A stretch of DNA of 64,000 nucleotides from Mobula hypostoma. Lineage: Eukaryota. The stretch covers positions 46,006,001 through 46,070,000 of the forward strand of contig NC_086108.1 in the NCBI RefSeq assembly GCF_963921235.1, written 5' to 3'. Made by a program: the position numbers and the translations under genes. Each line of letters opens with the position of its first letter. Within the stretch, counting starts at the first letter, position 1. The notes beneath the pieces were generated by a model, which saw nothing but the letters and a program-made list of their open reading frames with translations, had not been told where the DNA came from and did no database searches. This document shows positions 23,806-35,370 of the stretch, in pieces.

Positions 23806-26800
23806 TTTCCAAAATATTAGCAATTAGAATAGAGAAGATACTACCACAAATAGTCTCAGAAGATCAGACAGGATTTATTAAAAATCGTTACTCACATTTT
23901 AATGTTAGGAGGCTAATGAACATTGTGTACACTACGTCAGTTAAAACTCCAGAATGTGTTATTTAGCTTGACGCCGGGAAGGCATTTGACAGACTTGAAT
24001 GGGAACATTTATTTGATATACTTGAGAAATTTAATTTCAGCTCAAAATTTATATCCTGGATTCAATTGATATATTGTACACCTCTGGCTGCTGTATTTAC
24101 CAATAATCAGAGATCCCCATTTTTTAGGCTTTTTCGAGGTATGAGACAGGGCTATCCTCTAAGCCCTTTACTTTTTGATATTGCCCTGGAGCCTTTGGCA
24201 ATTGCTATTCATGATTCACCTAATATATTTGGCATTTTTTGTGGGAATGGGATGCATAAAATATCACTATATGCAGATGACCTGTTACTATATATCTCTA
24301 AACCAGAGAAATACATTCCTGCAGTAATAACACTATTTGCTCAGTTTAGTAGTTTTTCTGGTTGTAAACTGAATCTTGATAAGAGTGTGCTTTTCCCATT
24401 AAATATGCAAGTTCCAATTTATAGACAATCACCATTTAGATTTGTTACTGATTATTTTACTTATTTGGGTGTTAAGATTACTAAGAAGCATAAGGATCTA
24501 TTTAAAGTTAATTTTTTACCCATAATGATCATGTTAAACAACTGTTTATTAATTGGTCCCCATTGTCCTTATCTTTTATTGGTTGAATTAATACTATTAA
24601 GATGATTATTTTACCTAAATTTCTGTATCTATTTTAGGTGGTAGCAATTTTTTATCCCTATATCTTTTTTTGGTATTATTGATTCTAAAATTTCTTCATA
24701 GATATAGCAGATTAAGTAAGAAATATTTACAGAAATCAAAAAAAGAAGGCGGTTTGGCTTTGCCGAATCTTAGATTTTACTACTGGGCAAATAACATTTG
24801 ATATTTAACGCTTTGGACACAAGAATTGGACGAAACTCAAATGTCCATGATGGATGAACCTTGAGCGGGAGTCTGTACAGGGTTTTTCGCTGGCTTCTAT
24901 TCTAGGAACTGCGATTCCCTTAGCACTTACTAAATTGAATAAACAAATGATAAATCCAATATTTAAACATACAATACGAATATGGTTTCAATTTCATAAA
25001 TTCTTTGGATTGAACAAATTTATCCTGTCAAGTTCTATTATGTCTATTTTTTCTTTCAACCATCTAGAATTGATCAAGCTTTTCTTCTATGGAAAACAAA
25101 GGGAATAACATGTTTTCGTGATTAATTCATAGATGATGAATAAACTCAGACTCAGCAGAAAGCAGCTGATTGGGCAGTCGAGGTCAGGTGACCAAGCATT
25201 TTGAAAAGCTCAAACAGATAAATAGAGGGATAGCTCAAGCGAAGCGGCCAGAGCGTGAGTGGGCCAGTGAAGGAGTGGAACTTTGAGGCTTTGACTCGAG
25301 AGGCTTCGACGAGAAGAGGCGGAGGACAAGCTTGCTCGCAGTTAGTTTTTACAATGTCTCCTGAGACGGTGATGTGCCTCTCATGTGAGATGTGGCAGTC
25401 TTGGGGGAACGCCCCTCTCCCTCAGAGTCACATCTGCCAGAAGTGCATACGGCTGGGCGATATGGAAGACTGTGTAAGGACTCTGGAGCAGCAGCTGGAT
25501 GACCTTTGACTCATAAGGGAGAATGAGGCAGTCACAGATGAGAGCTACAGGGAGGTAGTCACACCTAGGCTGTCGGAAGCAGGTCATTGGGTGACAGTCA
25601 GAGGGTGGAAAGCGAAGGTGAGCAGACAGCTAGTGCAGAGCACCCCTGTAGCCATTCCCCTGAATAATAAGTTTACCGTCCTGGATACTGTTGGCGGGGA
25701 CGACCGACCAGGTGTGAGCCACGGTGGCAAGGCCTCCAGTGCTGAGTCTGACCCGATGGTGCAGAAGGGTGGGACGGAGAAGAGGAGAGCTGTCGTCATT
25801 GGAGACTCTATAGTCAGGGGAGCAGACAGGAGATTTTGCGGACGTGAGAAGGACACCCGCATGGTTTGTTGCCTCCCGGGTGTCAGGGTCCGGGATATCT
25901 CTGACTGGTTGCACGACATCCTGGTATGAGAGGGAAAGCAACCAGAAGTTGTGATACATGTATGGACCAACGACATAGGCAGGAAGAGGGATGAGGTCCT
26001 GAAGTGTTAGTTTCGGGAACTAGGCAGAAGGCTGAAGAACAGGACCTCAAGGGTGGCATTCTCAGGATTGCTGCCAGTGCTATGTGACAGTGATGGTAAG
26101 AATTGGAGGAGATGGCAGTTGAATGCGTGGCTGAGGAGTTGGTGCAGGGAGCAGGGTTTTAGATTTTTGGATCATTGGGATCTCTTCTGGGGAAGGTGGG
26201 ACCTGTACAGATTGGATGGGTTGCACCTGAACTTGAGGGGGAGCAATATCCTTGCAGGTAGGTTCACTGGCATGGTTCGGGAGGGTTTAAACTACTTTGC
26301 AAGGAGGATGGGACCCAGAGTGATAGAGCAGTGAAAGAAGTGCATGGAGTAAAGCCAGATCTAACATATAGAGAAGATTTGAGGAAAGAGAAGCAGAATA
26401 AATGGTGTAAAGACAGTAAGGTAGAGGAGCTGAAGTGTGTGTACCTCAATGCAAGAAGCATCAGGAACAAAGGTGAAGAACTGAGAGCTTGGATACATAC
26501 ATGGAATTATGATATAGTGGCCATTACAGAGACGTGGCTGGCACCTGGGCAGGAATGGATTCTCAATATTCCTGGATTTCAGTGCTTTAAAAGGGATAGA
26601 GAGGGCGGGAAAAGGGGAGGAGGGGTGGCATTACTGGTCAAGGATACTATTACAGCTACAGAAAGGGTGGGTAATGTAGCAGGATCCTCTTTTGAGTCAG
26701 TATGGGTGAAAGTCAGGAACAGGAAGGGAGCAGTTACTCCATTGGGGGTATTCTATAGGCCCCCTGGTAGCAACAGAGATACAGAGAAGCAGATTGGGAG

Positions 26801-29800
26801 GCAGATTTTGGAAAGGTACAAAAATAACAGGGTTGTTATCATGGGTGACTTTAACTTCCCTAATATTGATTGGCACCTGATTAGTTCCAAGGGTTTAGAT
26901 GTGGCAGAGTTTGTTAAGTGTGTCCAGGATGGATTTCTGTCACAGTATATTGACAGGCCGACTAGGGGTAATGCCATACTAGATCTAGTACTAGGTAATG
27001 AACTGGGTCAGGTCACAGATCTCTCAGTGGGTGAGCATCTGGAGGACAGTGACCACTGCTCCCTGGCCTTTAGCATTATCATGGAACAGGATAGAATCAG
27101 AGAGGACAGGAAAATTTTTAACTGGGGAAGGGCAAATTATGAGGTTATAAGGCTAGAACTTGCGGGTGTGAATTGGGATGATGTTTTTGCAGGGAAATGT
27201 ACTATGGACATGTGGTCGATGTTTAGGGATCTCTTGCAGGAAGTAAGGGATAAATTTGTCCCGGTGAGGAAGATAAAGAATGGTAGGGTGAAGGAACCAT
27301 GGGTGACAAGTGAGGTGGAAAGTCTAGTCAGGTGGAAGAAGGCAGCATACATGAGGTTTAGGAAGCAAGGATCAGATGGGTCTATTGAGGAATATAGGGA
27401 AGCAAGAAAGGAGCTTAAGAAGGGGCTGAGAAGATCAAGAAGGGGGCATGAGAAGGCCTTGGCGAGTAGGGTAAAGGAAAACCCCAAGGCATTCTTCAAT
27501 TATGTGAAGAAAAAAGGATGACAGGAGTGAAGGTAGGACCGATTAGAGATAAAGGTGGGAAGATGTGCCTGGAGGCTGTGGAAGTGAGCGAGGTCCTCAA
27601 TGAATACTTCTCTTTGGTATTCACCAATGAGAGGGAACTTGATGATGGTGAGGACAATATGAGTGAGGTTGATGTTCTGGAGCATGTTGATATTAAGGGA
27701 GAGGAGGTGTTGGAGTTGTTAAAATATATTAGGACGGATAAGTTCCTGGGGCCTGACGGAATATTCCCCAGGTTGCTCCACGAGGCGAGGGAAGAGATTG
27801 CTGAGCCTCTGGTTAGGATCTTTATGTCCTCGTTGTCCACGGGAATGGTAGCGGAGGATTGGAGGGAGGCAAATGTTGTTCCCCTGTTCAAAAAAGGTAG
27901 TAGGGATAGTCCGGGTAATTATAGACCAGTGAGCCTTACGTCTATGGTGGGAAAGCTGTTGGAAAAGATTCTTAGAGATAGGATCTCTGGGCATTTAGAG
28001 AATCATGGTCTGATCAGGGACAGTCAGCATGGCTTTGTGAAGGGCAGATCGTGTCTAACAAGCCTGATAGAGTTCTTTGAGGAGGTGACCAGGCATATAG
28101 ATGAGGGTAGTGCAGTGGATGTGATCTATACGGATTTTAGTAAGGCATTTGACAAGGTTCCACACGGTAGGCTTATTCAGAAAGTCAAAATGGCATGAGA
28201 TCCAGGGAAGTTTGGCCAAGTGGATTCAGAATTGGCTTGCCTGCAGAAGGCAGAGGGTCGTGGTGGAGGGAGTACATTCAGATTGGAGGATTGTGACTAG
28301 TGGTGTCCCACAAGGATCTGTTCTGGGTCCTCGACTTTTCGTGATTTTTATTAACGACCTGGATATGGGGGTAGAAGGGTGGGTTGGCAAGTTTGCAGAT
28401 GACACAAAGGTTGGTGGTGTTGTAGATAGTGTAGATGATTGTCAAAGATTGCAGAGAGACATTGATAGGATGCAGAAGTGGGCTGAGAAGTGGCAGATGG
28501 AGTTCAACCCAGAGAAGTGTGAGGTGGTACACTTTGGAAGGACAAACTCCAAGGCAAAGTACAAAGTAAATGGCAGGATACTTGGTAGTGTGGAGGAGCA
28601 GAGGGATCTGGGGGTACATGTCCACTGATCCCTGAAAGTTGCCTCACAGGTGGATAGGGTAGTTAAGAAAGCTTATGGGGTGTTAGCTTTCATAAGTCAA
28701 GGGATAAGAGTTTAAGAGTTGCGATGTAATGATGTAGCCCTATAAAACTCTGGTTAGGCCACACTTGGAGTACTGTGTCCAGTTCTGGTTGCCTCACTAT
28801 AGGAAGGATGTGGAAACATTGGAAAGGGTACAGAGGAGATTTACTAGGATGCTGTTTGGTTTAGAGAGTATGCATTATGATCAGAGATTAAGGGAGCTAG
28901 GGCTTTACTCTTTGGAGAGGAGGAGGATGAGAGGAGACATGATAGAGCTGTACAAGATAATAAGAGGAATAGATAGAGTGGATAGCCAGCGCCTCTTCCC
29001 CAGGGCACCACTGCTCAATACAAGAGGACATGGCTTTAAGGTAAGGGGTGGGAAGTTCAAGGGGGATATTGGAGGAAGGTTTTTTACTCAGAGAATGGTT
29101 GGTGCGTGGAATGCACTGCCTGAGTCAGTGGTGGAGGCAGATACACTAGTGAAGTTTAAGACACTACTAGACAGGTATATGGAGGAATTTAAGGTGGGGA
29201 CTTATATGGGAGGCAGGGTTTGAGTGTCAGCACAACATTGTGGGCCAAAGGGCCTGTACTGTGCTGTACTATTCTATGTTCTATGATTGTTTTATGTCTT
29301 TTGAACAGTTGTCTAATAAATATAATTTGTCTAGATCACACTTCTTCAGATATTTACAGATTAGAAACTTTTTGAACGCTACATTATCTATCTTTCCTAT
29401 ATTGCATCAAATTGAAGTTACAGAAAAATTTTAGGTTTAAACCTCAATCAGAAGAGTTTAATAGCAATTATTTATGATCTGATTATGAAAATATGTCTAG
29501 GTAAATCTGATAAAATGAAGAATGAGTGGGAAAGAGAACTTCAAATATCTTTATCTACAGAGAAATGGGAGAAAATTCTTCAATGAGTCAATACTTCCTC
29601 AATGTGCGCCAGACACGCCCTGATACAATTTAAGGTGGTTTAGAGGGCTCACATGTCCAAGGATAAGTTAGCTCATCTTTATTGCCACATAAATCCTGTT
29701 TGTGATAGATGTAATTCTGAGGTAGCTTCCTTGACACATATGTTCTGGTTTTGTCCTCTTCTAGAAAAATATTGGAAAGATATTTTTGATATCATTTCAG

Positions 29801-30400
29801 TAGTTCTGCGTATTGATTTTCAACCTCATCCTATTACTGCAATTTTTGGACTACCAGTGATAGACTCTAGTCGCTCATCCTTGTTAGCTTGCCATCTAAT
29901 TGCATTTGTTACATTAATAGCCAGAAGATCCATTTTACTTAAATGGAAAGATTCTAATCGCCCCACCACATTTCAATGGTTTTCCCAAACGATAGCATGC
30001 CTAAACTTGGAAAAAATTGGGAGTGGTACTATGGATCCTTCGGTTAAATTTGAGGAAACTTGGAGGCTATTTATTCAATATTTTCACATGATGTAAGTTG
30101 ACCCTTTCTAAATCCTTTGTAGTAATTTTTTGTTCATGTATAGAGGAGCGGAGTTAACAACAAATAATAATTTTAGCCGATGTAATATGAGAGCCCAAGC
30201 TTTTTTTTTAGTTTACTTTGTTAAAATATCTTTTTCATGGTCAGTTACTATGAGATTGGGAGGTTAAATTATATTTGTTACTTGGAATCTGTGCTTGTAC
30301 ATGTTAGCTGTTATTATTGTAATCCCGATCTCCATGTATCATTACTATTATTGTTACGTTTATTAATCTTGAAACTTAATAAAAAGATTGAAAAAGAAAG
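23806..30400 (+). mobile_element. 5'-truncated L1/Tx1-clade LINE (RT and C-terminal zinc-binding region), split by a full-length CR1
   Basis: SKILAIRIEKILPQIVSEDQTGFIKNR, RGMRQGYPLSPLLF..SLYADDLLL, and CDRC..SLTHMFWFCP (ORF 29653..30096). A-rich end at ~30378-30400. DLFIDD|CFMSFEQL is continuous across the insertion. Confidence 0.88.
25138..29282 (+). mobile_element. Full-length CR1 LINE of a second subfamily, several stops and frameshifts, in ovoA intron 2
   Basis: ORF1 pieces 25255..25509, 25591..25929, 26053..26334 (CLSC..CQKC, VVIGDSIVRG, DGLHLN). ORF2 pieces 26331..27521, 27518..28198, 28149..28628, 28765..29223. (TTCTATG)n tail; ATGAT present at both junctions. Confidence 0.93.
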
Positions 30401-30957
30401 ACAAGGTCCTCCAACCACCTCTTCATTTCAAACTACAGAATGACCCCTGATTCCCCAACTTCTCCTATCCAGCTATCCCTAAAGAGTTCTGTGCCTCATA
30501 CACTAAATGCTTGTGAGGTTCTTTGACTCAACATCCTTTTCTTTAGAGACTTTTCTCCAGTTTATCTATTGGATTTATTGGTGAATATTATGAGCAACCA
30601 CTTTAGATTTGTTATTTTATTCTAGATGCTTTCCCAGATCGAATTTAAATTCCCACTGCAACCCTGAGTATATAATCTGTGTCATTATTGTCTGTTAGAC
30701 CAGGATCACCTGAAATCTTCAAATTTTTCATAGATAAACATTCCATAGTCCATACCAACACATAAAAAGTAGCTTCTAAGTTGAACAGCCAGTGTGCTTC
30801 CTGTGAAAAAGCCCCTGATTAAATAACTGAAACAAAGAAAAAGACAAGGAAACTGTTAAAAGCAAACTTCTCCCAGGTCTCAACTTTTAGCCAGTCACAA
30901 TCCAAAGCACATTTGACAGAGGAAAAACAAACAACCCTGAATAATATCCAGCCTTAC

Positions 30958-31022
30958 CTTTGAGGGCACTAAACAATGTTTCATCCAAATCATAAGTATT
31001 CTCAAAGTAATCCAAAATATCC
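30958..31022 (-). CDS. ovoA: ovoA exon 2
   Basis: cttgtatatttcag|GGATATT...CTCAAAG|gtaagg, 65 nt, phase 2 to 1. Encodes (E)DILDYFENTYDLDETLFSALK(G). Confidence 0.93.
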
Positions 31023-31314
31023 CTGAAATATACAAGTGTAAAACAAGCTTATAAACATACCAGCTATAGCACCTTGCAGCAGGATTTTTTTAAAATTGTA
31101 GCAAAAACATCTAAGGATATAAAAAAAATCTTTTAGGCTACTGTTCTAACGCATAGGTACTATACAATACAACAATAAGCCCCGTATCATCAGGAAAAGA
31201 TAGCAGAACTCCCTCTTCACAGGAGTCAATGCTTGTATATTATTGCCACACAATACACTACTCTTCAGATCTTCAGACAGATACATAAAGCACTACAGAT
31301 ATCAATATACTTAC

Positions 31315-31388
31315 TCTTTTGTGCAGTTGGCAAGATCACAGGGTTTAAGGGAGGTCAAACACAGCTTTCTAGTTAGAACAGAGTTCAT
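31315..31388 (-). CDS. ovoA: ovoA exon 1 coding part (start codon)
   Basis: aaaATGAACTCT...ACAAAAGA|gtaagt, 74 nt, ends in phase 2. Encodes MNSVLTRKLCLTSLKPCDLANCTK(E); phase matches exon 2. Confidence 0.88.
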
Positions 31389-31439
31389 TTTCTAGATAGA
31401 TTCTCAGCACAGCTACCTTGCAGCATAGTGTGAGGTGAG

Positions 31440-31547
31440 CTTTTATATGAGTGTGGGCGGGGAGGATTTGTAACCTTTATGTCCAGTTTTCATTGACCTA
31501 TTGATCTCGAGTTTCGTGTTCATTGCAGAGCACCCAGCAATGATTGG
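31440..31547 (-). promoter_or_regulatory. Pol II core promoter of ovoA: CCAAT box, GC box, TATA box
   Basis: Minus strand: CCAAT (31547-31543), CCCCGCCC (31462-31455), TATAAAAG (31447-31440), 52-59 nt upstream of the ATG at 31388. Confidence 0.72.
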
Positions 31548-32734
31548 ACCATATCATATATGCCTTTGACACACTTTCTTAATCAAACTTCTATTAACTC
31601 CCAATGGACCATCTGCCTTCGTATGGATGATAGGGGAATTGGTTTATGCTCCATTACACAGATTCATTCCATTTTGCTCTGGAACTAAAATTATCATATC
31701 AGGACTGGGGAGGAGAACTGTGTTGAGCAAGTGGTTGAAAGAAAGATTCTAATGAGGTGGAAGGCAGAGAATAAATTCAACAGAGGGTTCTTTTTTAAAA
31801 TCCCAACGTGTTCTTAAGAACTCTATCTGTACAAGCTAGTGTACAACTGATTTGATTTGGTATTGGTGACACCAAGGAATGACTGTCCATAATGGGTACA
31901 GAAAAAGCTTGAAACCAAATGACATCAAGGTGCCTATTAGCCAAGCTCCTGACATGCAAAGTGATAGTATCGCAGCCAACAGGGATGAACTGAGCAAAAC
32001 TCCATTAATCTACAATACCGCAATTGAAAACAGGATAGCTCAGCTTCTAGTGTGTGGGGAGCAATCCTCGCAATCTATTTTACACACTGGGGCCCTTGTT
32101 CCCTCACTTCCTTTAAACTCCCCTGGATCCTGGTGCTCACATCATCTTTAAACTCACACACGCTCAGGTTCTAAGATTCTCTTTGAAACTCACCTGGATC
32201 TGTTTCCCATACTCAACTGAAAATCACCAGACACAAAGGAAAAGCACATTATTCTATTGTGCAACATCTGAAAAGTGTCGTAAAAGGACGTTGGTACTAA
32301 CATCCAAGAGTCCAGAAAACTTGCTGTTCTGGTACCCAAGTTTTAGGTGTGTCAGATTAATAGAGTTTTAGTGTATTGTCGTTGGAAACTGTTAAAGAGC
32401 AGCAACAATGCTGCCATTTACCAGACAACTTGGCAGAAAACTTCTCAGCATATGCTCTATTTATTAACAGGTCAGTCCAATGTGGCTAATTACCATTATA
32501 TCAATCTATCACAGAGACCAAAACTGTTGTCCTTTCTATCATATGTCATTTATTTTCCACTAGCTTTTTCATTTTTATGTCAATTACTTTGCTGTAAACC
32601 TGTGCACGGTCTAGGTTTGATTAAGGTCTAAAAATGTTGGCTGCTATGGTGAAAACATCTGCCCTTGCCATCAGCAGCTTTTGAACAAATCTGGCATCAA
32701 GGATTTTTTAAAAAATCTATCATCATGTACTGTG

Positions 32735-33670
32735 GTAGAAGGAATTAAGGCATAGACTATTTTCTAAATGGAGAGAAAATTTAGAGTTCAGAATTGCAAA
32801 GGGACTTGGGAGTCCTTGTGCAGGATTCCCCGAAGTTTAACTTGCAGGTTGAGTCAATGATAAGGACGGCAAACTTACAAACATACCATCTATAGTACCT
32901 TGCAGCAGGATTTTAAATTGTAGCAAAAACATCTAAGAGTATAAAAAAAATCTTTTAAGCTACTGTTCTAATGCATAGGTACTATGTAACACAACAATAA
33001 GCCCTGTATCATCAGGAAAAGATAGCAGAACTCCCTCTTCACAGGCTGAGTCGATGATAAGGAAGGCAAATGCAACGTTAGCATTCATTTTGAGAGGGCT
33101 AGAATGTAAAATTAAACGATTGGTCAGACCGCACTTGGAGTATTGAGAGCAGTTTTGGGCCCCTTATTTAAGAAAACATGCTGGCGTTGGAGAGGATGCA
33201 GCGGAGGTTCATAAGAATGAAGGGATTAATGTATGTTTGATGGCTCTGGGCCTGTACTTGTACTTGATGGAATTTAGAAGAATAAGGGAAGGGGGATCTC
33301 ATTGAAACCTATCGAATATTAAAAGGCCTAGATAGAATGCATGTGGCAAGGATGTTCCCTACAGTGTGGGAGTCTAGGATCAGAGCGCACAACCTCAGAA
33401 TAGAGAGAGATCCCTTTAGAACAGAGGTGAGGAATAATATCTTTAGCCAGAGGGTGGTGAATCTGTGGAATTTATTGAAACAGAGGCCAAGTCACTGGAT
33501 ATATTTAAAGCAGAGGTTATTAGGTTCTTGATTAGTAAGGACATCAAAGGATATAATGAGAAGGCTGGAAGATGCTAATGAGAGGGAAATAGAGGGAATA
33601 AATCAGGCAGGAAGGAGCAGATTCAATGGGCTGAATGGCTGAATGTTGCTCCTACGTCTAACCGTCTATG
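32735..33670 (+). mobile_element. Degenerate CR1 3' fragment interrupted by a templated insertion
   Basis: GIDYFLNGEKI..QRDLGVLVQ, then VRPHLEY..QFWAP and FSQRVVNLWN (ORF 33337..33531). Confidence 0.8.
32870..33045 (+). repeat. ~175-bp direct duplicate of ovoA intron 1 sequence (31044-31223)
   Basis: aaacatacca.ctatag.accttgcagcagga...caggaaaagatagcagaactccctcttcacagg is present at both loci with few differences. Confidence 0.93.
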
Positions 33671-34199
33671 GTCAAAATTTCAAGTCAATGGGAAGGAAGG
33701 TGCAAACCTTTCACTGGCTGGCCGGTGAGCTGGAGGACGACTGTAGTTATCAAAGTTAATGATTTCAACCCGAGGGACTTTGTTATAGGTAGTGGATATG
33801 GAAGTAGCCAAGCTTCAAACAAATGCATCTCCTTCCTCAGTTTTCATGGTGATGATAATGGGAAAGTGTTTACTAAGAATATATGTTGGAATCTGAAATG
33901 AAAGATGTATTAACAAACATGTTGAAGAAAAATAAAAGGATTGGGCAGAGTTAGCATGGATCTATTAAAGGAGAACTAACATTTAACCTATTTGCAGATC
34001 TTATAGGATATCAGAGTCTGGATCAAATGACGTCCCTGCAGCCCACCAAGTCCATGCCCCTCACTGAACTATCGCTACTTTAACCAAACCCCACCCATCC
34101 TGTCCAAGATTCCGGTCCTCACCTATACCCTATGGGCAATTTACAGTGTCCAATTAACTTACTAGCTTATAGAGTGATGTGTGAAGGAACCAGATCACC

Positions 34200-34675
34200 C
34201 AAAGGACCCTGGTCAGACCCCACTTGGAGTACTGTGCTCAGTTCTGGTCACCTCACTACCGGAAGGATGAGAAACCATAGAAAGGGTGCAGAGGAGATTT
34301 ACAAGGATGTTGCCTGGATTGGCAAGCATGCCTTATGAGAATAGGTTAGTGTGGATAGTCAGAGGCTTTGTCACAGGGCTGTAATAGCTAACATGAGAGG
34401 GTACAGTTTTAAGGTGCTTGGAAGCAGGTACAGAGGAAATGTCAAGGCAAGTTTTTTTTTAAACAGAGAGTGGTGAGTGTGTGGAATGAGCTGCCTGCTA
34501 CGGTGGTGGAGGTGGATACAATAGGATCTTTTAAGAGACTGCTGGATAGGTACATGGAGCTTAGAAAAATAGAGGGCTATGGGTAACCCTAGGTAATTTC
34601 TAAAGTAAATACATGTTCGGCACAGAATTGTGGGCCAAAGGGCCTTTATTGTGCTGTAGATTTTCTATGTTTCTA
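34200..34675 (+). mobile_element. CR1 3' fragment with internal deletion and tail
   Basis: ctggtcagaccccacttggagtactgtg (LVRPHLEYC) through ttttctatgtttcta; same subfamily as 37990-39130. Confidence 0.8.
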
Positions 34676-34739
34676 AAGCACACAAACCCTACAGAACCAC
34701 CATGAGAGGTTAAGACTGATCCGAGTTCTATGGAGTTGT

Positions 34740-35370
34740 AAGATAGTAGATTTACCAGCATAAAAGGAATCCCGTGAAAATGGTGTATTTGGTTTTTCAA
34801 AAGACTTACAGTAAAGTCCCATAAACAAGGTCAAAGCTTGTGGAACTGGGAGTGATCTACTGACATGGATTGAGAATTGGTTATTGGATGAAAAGCAAAG
34901 GCTGGGAATGAATGGATCTGAACTTCTGAGATTGGCACGCATGACGAACAAGATACCCCGAGGCCCAAGCCATTTATGATTGGCCAAAGAATGAAGTAGA
35001 TTTCCAAACTGTTGACACTAATTGATGGGATTGTCATATGTGTGGAAGGACGTACAAAGACTTCAAATGAATTCATACAAGCCAAATAGGTGGATGAGAA
35101 CATGGTGGGTGATACAAAACCGCAGTTATTCACCTTACTTACCTCACAGAAAACCAGTGTTTGTTAAATATGAAAGATTGGGTCGTGTTACTGGGTGCTT
35201 ATACACAAGTCACATGCACATGTGGCAACTGATTAGGAGGGTAAATGACACATATTACAGGAGTAACGTGCATTTATCACACATCACAGGAGTAAGGAAG
35301 ATTTAATACAATTATATAGAGCACTGGTAACACTGAAGTATCAGATATAATTTTCTCCCTACACCTAAAA
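34740..35370 (+). mobile_element. Highly degenerate CR1 RT fragment
   Basis: tggtgtatttggtttttcaaaagac..aagtccca..tggattgagaattgg resembles VYLDFQKAFDKVP..WIENWL. Confidence 0.55.

Noticed and set aside
31385..31426. 13-codon upstream ORF (MLQGSCAENLSRK*) whose stop overlaps the ovoA ATG
   Set aside because: Its ATG is only ~14 nt downstream of the TATA box, upstream of the predicted TSS, so it is probably not in the mRNA. It would matter only if transcription starts further upstream.
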